A DNA stretch of 64,000 nt from Lophium mytilinum (taxonomy: Eukaryota), in contig MU004202.1 in assembly GCA_010093605.1 (NCBI GenBank), forward strand, positions 197,560 to 261,559. The letters run 5' to 3'. Below the pieces are notes generated by a model. The model saw nothing but the letters and a program-made list of their open reading frames with translations, did no database searches and was not told the DNA's origin. Each line of letters opens with the position of its first letter. Positions within the stretch are counted from its first letter, which is position 1. Shown piece by piece: positions 1 to 12,699 of this stretch. The position numbers and the translations under genes were made by a program.

Positions 1-445
1 GGCGTCGTCTGGCTTGGCTCAGGGATATATCAAGCCAATCAAGTAAATCTCCGAAGGGTACTTCAAGATGTGATGAGGCACGTCGGTCAATGGCAAGGAG
101 GTGCAAGTAGGCTTTGTGACAATGATGTAGGACGTGTTGTTTTTGATGGGTTTGAGATTGGGTATCGCGCGTGCGGGCTTTCTCGATCGTAGCGTCCGAG
201 CTCTAATCACGTGAGTCATATAGTCCCCATCTTTCTATCTAATGAGAGAAGAGTGGTTCACGAGTCTCTGTCCATATTACACAAATAGCAGTCGCCTAAA
301 AGGCATACATCACAATAATATATCAACATGCAAGTTTATCAGTCCAGAGAGTGACTGTTTCTATCATTCACAAACTAGGAAATCGCTATCCGCATCAGGT
401 TCCTTTATAAACTAAATATCTGCATCAGGAAGCCATTGCGATAAT

Positions 446-1219
446 TCAGGCAAACCAGCTGTCCGGCGGCATCGTTCCAAAAATGTCCTTATATATGACC
501 TTGAGATTCTTCATCTCATTTAATCGGCAGCTAATTGCATGCGTAGTCCACAAGCCGATCTGCTCATTAAAATGGTGGATTCCGGGCCCTGTTGCAAGGT
601 AAAGATTCACAGCGGGATAAGTCGCGAGTAGGAGGCTGATCGCCCTGTTCACTTCACGCCTGATGTCGCGCCCCAGCTCATACATATCCTGGAGAACTCC
701 GTCGTTGCTAACGGCCGCCACAAAGTCGTCTTCCTCCAGGACACTTTGTCGAATCCCATTGACCCGTTTCATGAACGCGTGGATACTTTGGTTAAAATTA
801 TCGAATTCTTCACCACCGAAAGCAGTCGCATCATGCTCGATATTTTCAAGCAAGTCGTCATGATTGGGTCCGCCCGGAATCCCAATGAATTTGGCTCGAT
901 GCTCACCCTCGGGGACTTCAATGTACCGAAATGTGCTCGTCAGTTTGACCAACCCTTCCCAGAATGGTGCTGCTGGGAATGGCAAACGTACAATATCGGC
1001 CATGTCGCCTAGGCCCCAAGAGCTGTCGCCGAACTCGAAAAGATCCGCGGGTGTTTGTAAATTCCGACTGGCGAGTTGTAAAGAGGCATTCAGAGTCCTC
1101 AAGGCCTGAAAACGTCTTTCGTTCAGGCTAAGTCCAGGCATTTCGAAAGTAGGAAATTGCAAGTCTTGTGTATTATTAGTATTTACTTGGCTCTCGGCGT
1201 ATGCGAGTCGATAAATCAC
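446..1219 (-). CDS. Hypothetical protein; true start uncertain (ORF opens at GTG overlapping a CAG, so an upstream exon or an internal ATG is possible)
   Basis: 257-aa stop-free ORF with globular-protein composition; no motif recognised. Confidence 0.5.
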   Translation of the reverse strand: MIYRLAYAESQVNTNNTQDLQFPTFEMPGLSLNERRFQALRTLNASLQLASRNLQTPADLFEFGDSSWGLGDMADIVRLPFPAAPFWEGLVKLTSTFRYIEVPEGEHRAKFIGIPGGPNHDDLLENIEHDATAFGGEEFDNFNQSIHAFMKRVNGIRQSVLEEDDFVAAVSNDGVLQDMYELGRDIRREVNRAISLLLATYPAVNLYLATGPGIHHFNEQIGLWTTHAISCRLNEMKNLKVIYKDIFGTMPPDSWFA

Positions 1220-2276
1220 TGTTGTATGAACGAAGTATGAAGTTTCGGTCCAGATTTGATGAGAGTGTGATGAAGGCCAAGTTTATGACGATCCGAAACC
1301 TTTCGCTATCATAGAAAGTCAGAAGTTGAAAGAGGCCTTTATCTAGATGCACATGAATGAAAAAGTGGTAAAATTAGAACACAAAGACATTGTGAACTCC
1401 TTTGTGGAGGTTGCTTCCTGAAGCGGACGATCGATTCCGCGCGTATTTGCTACGGTGTTTCAAGTCCCCCTGTGCGCACAAGATTCGGTAAATTTCCAGT
1501 GCCCGCGGTGGGTGCAGACAGTCCAGACATGCGGGGACTCACGGTGGAGAATGTCCCAGGTTGATCTGATTGAAAAGCCCCATCGAATGTGTAATAGCTA
1601 GTTGAGTGCGTTAGTACGTGCTAGGAAAGAATGAGTCTAGCCAGCTATGTTATTCTAGGTGCTGGCATCTACGTTTCCCTCCTTGAGATCTTCAGATCTC
1701 CGGTGGATGTAGCTGATCGTATAGAAACCTATTCATTCTCCCAACAGTATCCGGCACACTTTTCTCAAGTGTCTTAGACCGATGCTTCACGGAAGCATGG
1801 ATACTGACGCGCGTCGCTATGAACTTATCCCACGCATATCGAACATAATAGTTTATTCGTGGCGCTGGAGGAAGGCGTGTGGCTGGGTAAATTGTTTCGA
1901 TCGATCTCTTTGAAAGGCTGCTTCCCTTGAATTCGATGTAGTGTTGGCCATTGAAAGAGACTGTTTTGTATCAAAGGACTTTAGAAGGCACTCGTTTGAG
2001 GTGGTGCGACTCAGACTCTTCTCTTGTTGTCTACGCGGGCATTGTGAGCCGGAACAGACAATCGCAAGAACAACGGAAAGCGGCCTGTTCAACCTAAACA
2101 GCTTCATCCGATCAGCAAACACACACAAACTTCAAGCAACGCATTTAGCGACGCCTTGTAGTAACAATCCACAATGGCTGGACAAAATCGACAAGAAAAG
2201 GGAATCATCGGTTGTGTCGATCGCATCGAGCTTGAGAATTGAATCCCGCAGTGGGGACCGCCGGTGCGGTGGTAAA

Positions 2277-2933
2277 ATGTCAGTGGTGACAAAAGACCCT
2301 AATTTCTATACAGAGACGATGGGTTGTGCCGACACTAGGGCCGATAAGACTTCCAATACAGCACGTGGTGATGCCTTGCAGAGGGCACCCAGCAAGCGAG
2401 AGCATCAGGGAAAGACAACGAAGGAGCAGGAGACGCGTAAATGGAAGGATGTAGAAGAACATTGGGAGAAAACGGTTGCGGAGGCAGCGGAGCGTGAGAA
2501 GAAGAAGGCGGAGGAAGCTGATGAGGAGAATGATGAACCCGAGAACGTGGGCGCCGAAATCAGCAACGGGGGCGGCGAAATCGACAACCAGGGGCCGGAA
2601 GCTGCCAATATCCCTCCGCCTGATAACAACGCATCCCACAAGCGGAAGGCTAAGCACGACACCGAGGGGCCTCCTCGAAAGCGGTCCCGAGAAGACGTCA
2701 AGAAGAAGCTTACGTATGCCCCGAAATCTGACCCGCGAGAAGCCGAGCAGAAAGCTCTCGAAAAAGCACCCGAGAAGATGCTGTACAAATGGCAGATCGT
2801 CAGACAGTGGCCCCAAAACAAGAAGGGAAAACAGAAGGATATCATCTGTGGGCCACACGATCTACCACAGCTTTCGGAACCTCCTACGGCGGAGGAGCTG
2901 CTCGGGGAGATGCGCAGGAAGACGAGGGCATGA
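2277..2933 (+). CDS. Hypothetical charged, low-complexity protein (E/K-rich, basic NLS-like patches HKRKAK and PPRKRSR)
   Basis: ATG at 2277 in frame with ORF 1941..2933; no domain recognised. Confidence 0.4.
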   Translation: MSVVTKDPNFYTETMGCADTRADKTSNTARGDALQRAPSKREHQGKTTKEQETRKWKDVEEHWEKTVAEAAEREKKKAEEADEENDEPENVGAEISNGGGEIDNQGPEAANIPPPDNNASHKRKAKHDTEGPPRKRSREDVKKKLTYAPKSDPREAEQKALEKAPEKMLYKWQIVRQWPQNKKGKQKDIICGPHDLPQLSEPPTAEELLGEMRRKTRA

Positions 2934-3417
2934 GCGAAACGAAGGCAATGTGAACGAAGCTAATGGAGGATGTTGATATCTGGAGATAGTCTGAGAGCTA
3001 GGCATGTTCGAAAGTGGATTCTTGTATGCTACGCGTAGTCCTCATTAGCTTCATCTTTTTGGGAGGGTTGCAATGCTCATCTTCTCACTCGAACTTCCTT
3101 CCCTCCTTGGTCTGTAGATGTGACAGTCAAGGCTAAAGCACTAGTGTCCTAAAGAGTGACGATGAAAACCATGACCTCATTGCTTCCAGTCCAGGGTATC
3201 AAGTCTATCTCAGCTAAACCCAAAAGTCCGAAACCGCCATCGCAATGCCCATGCGTGTAAAAGAGCAAAGAACGCCTCCCTGGTATGAATGCAGTGTAAC
3301 TCCCCCAGCCCCAAGATGACCAATGGTCATTGACGCGAACGACACCCTCTCTACCTTACTCAACTGTTGTAAGCCCCGGACGACAGGGGCGGAGTCTGGT
3401 ATCCGAACCGCGACTAA

Positions 3418-6180
3418 TCACATGACAACACACTCCCTATCCGGCTGTTTGCCATGGTGATGGCGGTGCGACTTCTCTCCCTCGCTCTTCTTCTTGTCCT
3501 TCTCCTTTCCCCTCTTGCTCTTCGATCGCCCAATCCCTGAGCTCTTCACAGCAGGTATCGCCGCAGGCATTAACTTATCAGAGGCGGCGGGCCGATCTGG
3601 ACCCTCGTTCGTGGAAACCTCCTGAACAACGACAACGGGTTCTTCTGTGCTATCGGGGACCTGTAAGTTGACCTTACTACCGCGCCCTGTTAGCCGCGAC
3701 ATTGTGAGACTGAGTCTGCTACTGCTCTCGCCACTTTGGCTGCTAGGACGACTCTTACTGCTGCTTTTCTTCTCAGATTTCGTGGCTGGCTGCAAGGCAG
3801 AGAGGAAGCCTTTGCGCTCTTCGCCTGGAGTAGGCCCTGCGGCGCGACCGCGAGTGCTGTCACCGTGTTCAAGCTCATCAAAGGAGACACTACGGCGGTT
3901 ACTGCTCGGTATGTCGATGCTGAGACGTTGGGCGGGTGTAGTTTGGCGGGAAAGTGTGGCGACCTCGGCGCGATCCCAATCGGAGCTATCGTTTATAGGC
4001 TCGGATACGGTGGTCTGAAGCGTCTCTACGGATTGATCTACGGTGGACATGCCAGATTGTGCTTCCATGTAGCTTGGTGGATCTCCTCGAGCCAAGTCTT
4101 CATCAATAGGCTGGACCTGGTAGAAGAGAAGATAAGGCGACTCGTCTTGTAATGCTTGCTTGATGTCGACATCTGTGACACGTTCCTTGGCTAGGTCATC
4201 GAATCGCATCCATTGGCTGGGGGTGTCGTCGGAGGAGTGGGCACTCCCAGGTCGAGAATCCCCAGACTTGGGTACCCACGACGATGAAGGTGCATTCGCG
4301 CGGACTAAGGCGACGTAATGACCGGAATCTACAGAAACGCCCCGATGACATACGACGGATTGTAGCACTAGCTTGAAATTTCCGAACAAAGGTCCCTCCT
4401 CGTCCATGCGATCGTCCGAGATGAAATGAGGCAGGCCGATCTCAAGTGGGATGTCAATGAAGGTGTCTAAACGTTTGGGAGTACCATTAGGGAGCATTGT
4501 GTATCGCTTCAGGCAAATACCTAAGACTGGTCGCTTCGCCGAAAAGTGAGCAGCGACTTGTGCATCACTGGTTGGCGTGTTATCGGTGTACCAAGCTGTT
4601 CCTTAGTTAGTAGAGGTAGAGGATGAGTGATAGTGGCAACTCACGAATGAGGCTGAAAAACTGCCACGCTGGCATCATGACTTCTTTGCGTAAAGAGCCC
4701 TCGCGTGGTCGATGAGTAGTCTCATCCTTCGCAAGCTCATCTGTAAGTGTCTTATCAGAGGATTCGCTTGTCTTGACATATCGCTCGCTGAAAATACTAT
4801 CTGCTCTTCCTCGCCCAGTAATAGGTCTCATTGGCGACGCTGGGCTATGACTGAAGTTGGGGGTCATCGGCGTCATGACAGCTGGCGAGCTTGACCTCGA
4901 GGAGATTTCAACGGTCTCGATGTGCGTGCTTCCACCCTTTTCTCCTATATCCATAGACCTTACGGACTGTAGGGTAGTCCGGCGTTGAAGAATACGCTTA
5001 ACCTCGATTTTGTTGTTGAAGTATGATTCTAGGCAGTTCTCCAATGTGATAATCTGCCCTTCCTCAGGTTCCGGTATTGCTACTTCGAGTAGACGTTCGT
5101 TAACAAACTTATGGTCATCTTCCTTCTCTTCTTTGCCGGTATGATATATGTCCATCTTCAGCGTCAACAGAGGTAGTTCGAGTTTTCCAGTAATGAATGT
5201 AAAGGCTTCAGATGCATCCTGTTGGCGAATCTCGCATGCTTCTTCCCATCCACAATTCCCAATGGCTTCTTGTACGTGGCCCACCTGCAGAATTAGTATT
5301 GCGAGGGATCTGATCGATGGAAAAGTGGCTTACGAGGTCGACTGTAATCAACTTGCCGCTCCGAAGCATATTAACCCATAATCTGAGCATCCCAGACAAT
5401 TTCTTCCGCGGCTCGTCCTCAAATGAGTTGTATAGTATCGCCTCAAAACTGTCCAGCCTTGCAAACATAGCAAATAGCAGGGCGTCTAGGTAGCAGGTGA
5501 CGTAATTCCTGTTTTCTGAGCCTACCATTTTTACACTCGGATCGATATCCTTCAATATACCCTCGAATGAGTCTGCAGCTAGGATAAGGAACTGGTATGC
5601 TCGGTCTGGATCGTCGGCATGTTTTGAGAGAGCGTAGGCGCATTGTGCTTCCCCGAACGTTGTAACGCCAACCTTGTTGAGTCGTTGAACTAGCGCCTTG
5701 ACCTTCTACGCGTAAGCTCAAGTCTAAGAGGTGTGGAGCCTAGCTAACCTTCTCGTCGCTACCCTTCTCAGACTTCGTACTTGGTTCGTTTGAGAAGATG
5801 GTGTATAGGTCCGATGGGACGATCTTCGACTGTAGAGTGATACGGTCAGAGCTGAACATAGTCGAAGTTTGCGCAAAGAAAGCCGAGAGCTGAGTACAAG
5901 CAGGCAGCTTCGGTGAAAGTTTACGAGAAAGAACATTCGGCATAATGTGCGCGCCTAGACTCAGGATACTGTTCGAGCGACGAGTCTTCTTTCGTTCCGG
6001 CTCAGGCGGTCCTGATCCATCGGCAGAGGAGCCCACAGAATGCGAATCGGAGCGAGATTGAAAGAGACGCTTATGTACTTTACGGCTCGCGCTTTTCGAC
6101 CGGCGCTTGTCATGGTTCTTCTCGCGGCGGCTGAGGAACCGCGTCATCCCCGACATGATATTCCCCCCCTGGGAAGACAT
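3418..6180 (-). CDS. Ubiquitin C-terminal hydrolase (USP/peptidase C19, CYLD-like), multi-exon, ending in CaaX (CVVM)
   Basis: Cys box ENRNYVTCYLDALLFAMF, QQDASEAF, His box VVCHRGVSVDSGHYVALV and WMRFDD. ORFs 5740..6180, 5208..5555, 4607..5284 and 3418..4497 join via GT-AG introns (donors near 6078, 5748, 5333, 4644). Confidence 0.85.
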
Positions 6181-6552
6181 CCATAGAGTATGTGTCTGTG
6201 TTCGTCTGGCTAGGCGCGAAGGTGGGATCTGCGGGGTACGCGGCGATTTCTAGGCCTCAATGAAGGGAGGATGTGTAGAATTGCGAGTTGAGGATAGGCG
6301 ACAAGAGAGGACACTCCCAGGGAAATATTCAAGAAGCACTATGCGCGATTGCTGGGAGAGGGAGAGAAGGAGTTGCTCTATCGCAGTTGCAGATGTTTGG
6401 TGTTGTATCGGGCTCTGCAAGGATGCGGAGAGCGGATAGGACTCCCGCTCCAGTCGGCGTTGATTGGTCGAGACTTGGCTGGTCTTGGCTGAGATCTTGA
6501 CCGCGATCGCGAACTTTTCTGCATCCTCAACACCATCAAGCCATCGCCAACC

Positions 6553-7738
6553 ATGGCTCTCAGGGAGCTTCGGTCAAAGACCGTCTCGGCACTGTGGAGG
6601 GACCTCCGGCCATGTGCATCTTCCGCGAGACCGAATGGCCTCCGCCATGCCTCCAGCAACCCCCTAGACGACCTCGAATCATCCTCTTCGCTCTCAACAC
6701 CTCCGCCATCTAACGACATTATAAAAAGCTGGGATCCCGTGGTACGGACACGGAGCAGGAAGATTCAACTGCCTCCAAGCAGGTACGGAAGTCTCCATAT
6801 CCACGGTTACTCTGTGGTCGTCGCCATATCCGTTTCAACACCAAACTAACGACCACAGATATCAGTTCCGTTCCCCAAAATTCTACCGCGGTCCCCTCCA
6901 CCCTCATCAACCCCCGCCCCCGTCCGACCCCTCCTCCCGCCTCTTCCAACCCGGCCCTTTCAGCCTCCCCCGCCTCGAACAAACCTACGAATCCACAATC
7001 GCCCCAGACCTTCTTACCATGACCTACGCCCACACACCCCCGGGCTGGGTGAAACCCCCGAAAGCCCAGCGCCTGCGTGAATGGGTCGGCGACTCCCCCT
7101 ACTTCAAGAACCGTCCCCTTCGAGGGCCCCGAGGTGGTGCGCATCTCCGCCTCCTCACGCCGCCGCGCAACTTCCGCACCATTCCTAAACTGACGGGCGT
7201 CACCGTGCATTCCATGGTACCGGCTGCGCAGGACGACAGCGCGTACATGCATGTGGCGGGCATGATTCTGCAAGCGATTACGAATGTGAGGGTGACGACG
7301 CATCGGGCGCGGAAGAGCGTTGCGTCGTGGGGCTTGCGGGACAAGAAGTTTGTGTCAGTGACCGCGAAGCTGGAGAGGGAAGATGTGTATCATTTCCTCG
7401 GGAAATTGGTCGATGTGGTGCTGCCACGGATTAAGGAATGGAAGGGAGTGAAGGGGACAAGTGGGGATAGCAGTGGGAACATTACGTTTGGGCTGGAGCC
7501 GGATGTTGTGGCGTTCTTTCCAGAGATCGAGGTTAACTATGACGTGTGAGTAATCTTGAAACTGAAAGGGGACGCAAGGGACTGGACGCAAGGGACTGGG
7601 CTAATCGTGAGCAGATATCCCCCGAAGATGATTCCAGGATGTCACATCACCATCCACTCTACCGCAACAAATGACCGAGACGCGAGGCTGCTACTGCAAT
7701 CCATCGGGATTCCGTTCTATGGGAAGATGGTAAATTAG
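6553..7738 (+). CDS. MRPL7: Mitochondrial large-subunit ribosomal protein uL5m (54S L7); exons 6553-6782, 6859-7545, 7615-7738
   Basis: R-rich mitochondrial presequence; spliced product reads PPSRYQFRSPKFYRGPLHP ... LVDVVLPRIKEWKGVKGTSGDSSGNITFG ... YPPKMIPGCHITIHSTATND, typical of uL5. Confidence 0.92.
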
Positions 7739-9179
7739 ATGGACTTGATCTTGTTTGATCGTGTATCATCTATTAGTATGTACAAAATGTATATTTTGGT
7801 CCCGACAGATTTCTGTATCTGGAATGAGACACTTCTGAAAAGAGATTCCAAAAGGAAAAGAATCCGTTAGCACAAAAAGCTACTTCACGAAGCGTTTGCC
7901 CATATTAGGCCACTTTTAATATGACGGTTGCAGCACACTCTGATTTAGCACACAGGATCAAGCTTGATTTCAGTGTGGCGAGATGTATGAACGGGAGTCA
8001 GTCCGTGCGATTTGAAGTCTGTTTTGGCATGTTATTGGGCGATGCTTCGAATCAGGCCAAAGGATCAAGCTTGGTTTCAGTATCGCGAGATGTACTAACG
8101 GGAGCCAGTCCGTGCGATTTGGACTCGATCTTGGCTTATTATTGGCGTGTCCCCTGAATCAGGTCCTCGTCGATCACTGGGCAGGTAACGTGATGTAGTT
8201 TGTGATATTGCCTGGCAAGGAGTATAAACGATCCTTCATTTGCTTTCATTGCGAGACATGGAAACTTGGGAGGGCGTGTCAACACATCGTCCAAGGACAA
8301 ATCATGGTTCTGGGCCGGCGTGGTTCAATCTCTCGATGACAGCCTCTCATGGCGCTGCTGCGGTGGGAGATCAACAGAAGCCGGGGGGAATCGAATGGTG
8401 TTTCTGGAGGTAGAAGAGAGAGCTGACGGGGTGTGTGCATCTGTTGCTCGCTGGTGCTGCTCAACATTGGAAATGAGTGAAGATTTACTGTGCAGGCCTC
8501 ATAGTGCTCAGAATCAATGTAAGGAGAAGAAGCGCGGTAGTATTAGAGGAAGAAAACGGAGAGCATCATGGGGACACCGATGAACGGAACTACCCGCCAA
8601 CCCAGAGGGTAAGTTCATTTCTGACTCTTACTCACTAACACAATCTCACCTCATTATATGAAGTGTATTCGCTTTTCGATCCACCACTGCTGGCACTCCG
8701 CATGCTTGGGTGCTTGCGACGGTGTTGATCCAACAGCAAACCCACTTTGTACTTGGATTGGAAGGCTTGAGCCAAGGGTCGAATCCATGTAAGGTGTTCA
8801 TCCAAGTAAATTGATCCCCCGCCCACCCATAAGGACGATGCTCTAAAAGAGAAACCCCCGCAGTCCGCAGAGTAATCTTGTTTGACCGGGATGTCGCCGC
8901 GATCAATTTCGAACGCAGAGTAGGCTTTATATGAAAATAAAGCTGCTATCACGTGAAGAGAAAGAGCCTCACGAGGCCATGACAGCGCTTTGCTAAGTGG
9001 GGGGATACAAAAGTGGCAATGGAAGTAATCGCCCACGACGAATTATCTCGCCAGTTCTAAAGGGAAATATCCGCGTGTATTCCCATCTGCTATGGGTATG
9101 TTGATTTAAGTAAAGGCCGTGTCATGAAGCCTACAGAGGGAAGAGAACTCTACCCTTTCGCCCGCATTCAGTACATTGC

Positions 9180-10934
9180 CTACCCTAGTATAACCAGTTG
9201 CAATTGAGGCTTTGCAGCATCCCATGCCGAAAGGGACACATGACCTAGGGTAATCCGTTCGACATAATGACCGCAGTCCTTCACTAGCAAGAAATGGACA
9301 TCAATCTGGTCGTACTCTTTGTGTGGCGCTACCAAAATGCCAATAAGCTTAAAGCGGGAAGCGTGTAGATGCGTGTCTGTCGAAGTGCTAATAGTGGTAC
9401 CGCTCGACAGCTGCACTTCTTCTTCAAAACTGTGATTACCATGCAGTTCACCGCAAACTTCGGATGAGCTGCCATGAGTAATAGATGTGCGATGGCTTGA
9501 GGTCATGATAAAAGAGTAGGGGTCTAGGGAATCGACTACCATGGTACTGAATATGAGAAACACCTGGGTGTTCTTGGGGGAGACAAACTGCTCTGATGAG
9601 AAAGCAGGCCACTTTTGGTGATGTGCGAGGATGCTCGCAATAGTCTGCGATTTGCTAATATGCGCTTTCAGCACTTCTTTGCCTCTCCAGTAATTGCCTT
9701 GTGGCTGTTCTGGGTCCAGTAGCCTCAATGTGCCAGTTCTCCACTCCTCATAGTGATCAACCATAGAGATGAAGAGGTTTGACTTGATCGGGATATCGTA
9801 GGTATCCGTATCCGAGCCTATCCAGCCCGCCCAAGAACTTCCTGGGGGATGCGTATACGACAAGGCAGAATCAGCATACGTAGCCGTACCTATCCAACCC
9901 GCCCAAGACCAACTAGGAAAACTTCCCGGGCGACGCGCATAGGACGGAGTATTTGATGATTGTCCCCATAGCAGCGCTAAGGTGAGCATCCTTGAAGGCA
10001 GCCCTTCCACGAGTTTCCAGCCTTGTAATTCTGATAGGGCGGAACTGACACCAGAAAACGCTTCCAGTATGTCTGAGGGGTACGTCAAGTTGCGACTGGT
10101 GTAGTCCTTCACAGCTTCAGCGTAGATTTCGAAGATTATCATCGAATCGCTTCCGTCTCCTAATAGACTTGGTATGGGGTTTGGTCTCAGAAATGCTGAT
10201 ACGTATGGACGGTCGGCCTCGAGGTATATCTGAAAGTAGGATCGACACAGGAACATGCCGAATTCTGACGTGAGGTATAGACATCTTTTGGAAAGAACTG
10301 TTTCTTGATATGTCCACCCCCGCCCGAAATGCTTCGTGCGGTGTAGTTTCTCTGACAAAAACCTTGCCGCGTCATGCCAAGCGAAGTCCAACGAAAGTGT
10401 GGATTCCTTGGAGGCTACCGAAAGTCCATGGCTCGCATCGTCGCCCGCGACCGCCATTATTGTCATCAGAGCATTGCTGTAGACATGCCCCATTTGTGAT
10501 ATTTGATCGTGCTTCATGTCAGCATCTTCTTGTCTGATACTTAACGCGTCTACCCAGAGAAACCGCTGTCCGATCAGAGCGACAAGGTCCATGGCGTCCC
10601 TGATGGTTCGTGGTATGAGCTCTCGGACACTCGAAAGGGCTCCAGGCTGGAACAAACGACCCTCATTTTCCGCAGAAAGATATAGTTGAGGTACTTGGCC
10701 CCAGCAGTAGCTAAGAGCAATGTAATCAGGATGAGGGTTCAGCTCTACGAGACAGGCGTCGACAACGTCTACGAGAATTAATTTCCCGTTTTGGAAGGCG
10801 GTGGAGTTGAGTTCTTTTCGACGACATTGGGTTTCATGTTCGTTCAAGCACAGGGCCAGGCGCTCCTTCACCCAAGGTGCAAGCTTGGACAACTCGGACC
10901 TGGAGTCACCTATTTGAATGAATTCAGCTGCCAA
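9180..10934 (-). CDS. Heterokaryon incompatibility (HET, PF06985-type) domain protein; 5' end unresolved (in-frame TAA at 10950-10952, so an upstream exon is needed or the gene is disrupted)
   Basis: HET motifs YIALSYCWG, FLWVDALSIRQED..KHDQISQMGHVYSNA, RGWTYQE, and C-terminal FPSWSWAGW. Confidence 0.85.
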   Translation of the reverse strand: MAAEFIQIGDSRSELSKLAPWVKERLALCLNEHETQCRRKELNSTAFQNGKLILVDVVDACLVELNPHPDYIALSYCWGQVPQLYLSAENEGRLFQPGALSSVRELIPRTIRDAMDLVALIGQRFLWVDALSIRQEDADMKHDQISQMGHVYSNALMTIMAVAGDDASHGLSVASKESTLSLDFAWHDAARFLSEKLHRTKHFGRGWTYQETVLSKRCLYLTSEFGMFLCRSYFQIYLEADRPYVSAFLRPNPIPSLLGDGSDSMIIFEIYAEAVKDYTSRNLTYPSDILEAFSGVSSALSELQGWKLVEGLPSRMLTLALLWGQSSNTPSYARRPGSFPSWSWAGWIGTATYADSALSYTHPPGSSWAGWIGSDTDTYDIPIKSNLFISMVDHYEEWRTGTLRLLDPEQPQGNYWRGKEVLKAHISKSQTIASILAHHQKWPAFSSEQFVSPKNTQVFLIFSTMVVDSLDPYSFIMTSSHRTSITHGSSSEVCGELHGNHSFEEEVQLSSGTTISTSTDTHLHASRFKLIGILVAPHKEYDQIDVHFLLVKDCGHYVERITLGHVSLSAWDAAKPQLQLVILG

Positions 10935-12057
10935 GGTGCAGATATCTTCTTAATATCGCGACATACCATAGGCGCCGATAGAGCTCATGGTTATATAGCA
11001 AGTGCACCGGTAGTGTTACCAACGGAAATATGGGATGTATTCATTGGCGTGAGGATGGCAGCCCAAGATGACTGAGCGAAGGCTGTTAACGGTTGGCTGC
11101 CTTAGAACTAGCGAAAGAGTTGCAGGGATACTGATTCCGATGGTGGCAGTATCGATTTGCACTCCTGATCTAAACTTTTTGACTGCGGTTTTGAGGTATC
11201 GAACGTAAGTGCTGGACATCTGTACCACAGCTTTCGAAAAGTTGACTTCAAATGTATTTGCGTAGCTTTCGTGTCATAAACCAGTAATGAACCGCCCAAA
11301 GATATGTCTCCGTAAGCAGACAGACCTATCAGAATATTTACAGCTCTTAAACCTAATCAGATCTATGCGCGTAGAAGTAATTCTCGCGTCCTGATGCAGG
11401 GCTAGAATATTTCGAGAAGCTACGCCGACCACGCGGCGTGGAGTATTACCGATCAGTTTCCCTATCTCCCAAGAAGATGTACTGCGTGTTGAAACCAACC
11501 ACAAACATCCTGAGAAAGAACGCATCATGCAGACGAGAAATTGCCGTGCTCAGGGGGGCGTTCGGCACGACCTGACTATCGAAAACGTGCAACCGGGTCT
11601 AGCGTTGCGTACTGAAATCGGCATCCGCCCTGAAGGCCTTGCGCATACTAGCAACCCAGTCAAAGGACATAAACGGTCGTCAAATGAAAGACATATGGAG
11701 TTGCAGGTGTAGTTGAGGGCGTCTAAGCAAACCCAGCCACGCGTCGAACACGAATGAAACATCCATACCCACCTTTGATAATTCACCTGAGCTCGACGGA
11801 AACTCTTCAGACGAGGCCTCCTTCAGGCTCCGTTTCGCTGGTCTGGCTGCTGTGACACCAAAAGAATAGGCTAGCAATGGGTGGAGGGACGTTGATCACA
11901 ATGTACCGCGTGCCCTTCAACGTAGCAGCGTATCGAATGACCTCAAACTGCTCCGCAGAGACTAACCGCTGTATGGACGTGAGTAGGATGCATATATAGA
12001 GGTCCTCATGCCTTGGTCTTTCTGCTGAAAAGCGCTCTTCAGGATATACTGTTGACA

Positions 12058-12495
12058 ATGACACGCATCGACGAGAGAACCCCCCTGCTGCCCATTAACG
12101 TCGTGGAAAAGGAACCTCTTCCTACGGACGACAGAAGCTATTTCTCATGGGAAATTTGGGAACCGAAGAAACTCTCTCGACAGGAATACGCCCTTATTGC
12201 CAGTATTTCGGCTCTTGCTGGATTCATAGCCTCAATACTCAACTTGTCTATGAAGAATCCCCTCCTCCTTTGTAGATTCGGCCTATATCAATTGGCGCAC
12301 TTGTTGCCGGCGTGTCTGTACATCGCTCTCCCCAACTGTGTTGTGTTCCTCATCGCGGCGCCATTTGTCGTTCAAAGCAGCCAGGTGAGGTTGTACCGTT
12401 GTGGTGGAGTGTTTTGCTACCTGCTGGTCTCGTTCTGTGCAGCTTGGGCTTTTGGCACTAGTGTCCGGACAGGGAATAGCGTCTGTCGCCGATAA
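12058..12495 (+). CDS. Small predicted membrane protein (about 3 hydrophobic segments) with N-terminal ERTPLL acidic-dileucine motif
   Basis: ATG at 12058 in ORF 12013..12495; ERTPLL is a common start of fungal vacuolar/endomembrane proteins. Confidence 0.5.
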   Translation: MTRIDERTPLLPINVVEKEPLPTDDRSYFSWEIWEPKKLSRQEYALIASISALAGFIASILNLSMKNPLLLCRFGLYQLAHLLPACLYIALPNCVVFLIAAPFVVQSSQVRLYRCGGVFCYLLVSFCAAWAFGTSVRTGNSVCRR

Positions 12496-12699
12496 CGCTG
12501 GGATAAGCAAAGGGCGTATCGTCACGAAACCATCGAATTTTTTACAAGGCCTGGAGCTAAATAGCTCCTCAACCCCAGTTCTGGTGTGGGCTGTGACGGC
12601 TGACAGTGGCGGCAGAGCACATATTTGACTATCGTAAGTCAATTGGCTCTCAATTATCTTCCACGTTCCTTTGCAGCCCCAGAAACTTCTCATTCTCCA

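Noticed and set aside
3418..6180. Calling the USP gene creB
   Set aside because: The Cys box (TCYLDALLFAMF) looks CYLD-like rather than the GNTCYCNS type expected for CreB/USP12-46; symbol left blank.
7900..9100. Short ORFs downstream of the first HET gene, faintly like a HET C-terminal remnant (ALSW..SSLWVGG)
   Set aside because: Similarity too weak to support by eye; needs BLASTX.
11000..12000. Small ORFs upstream of the first HET gene as independent genes
   Set aside because: No motifs; could be 5' exons or decayed sequence, and no model could be fixed confidently.
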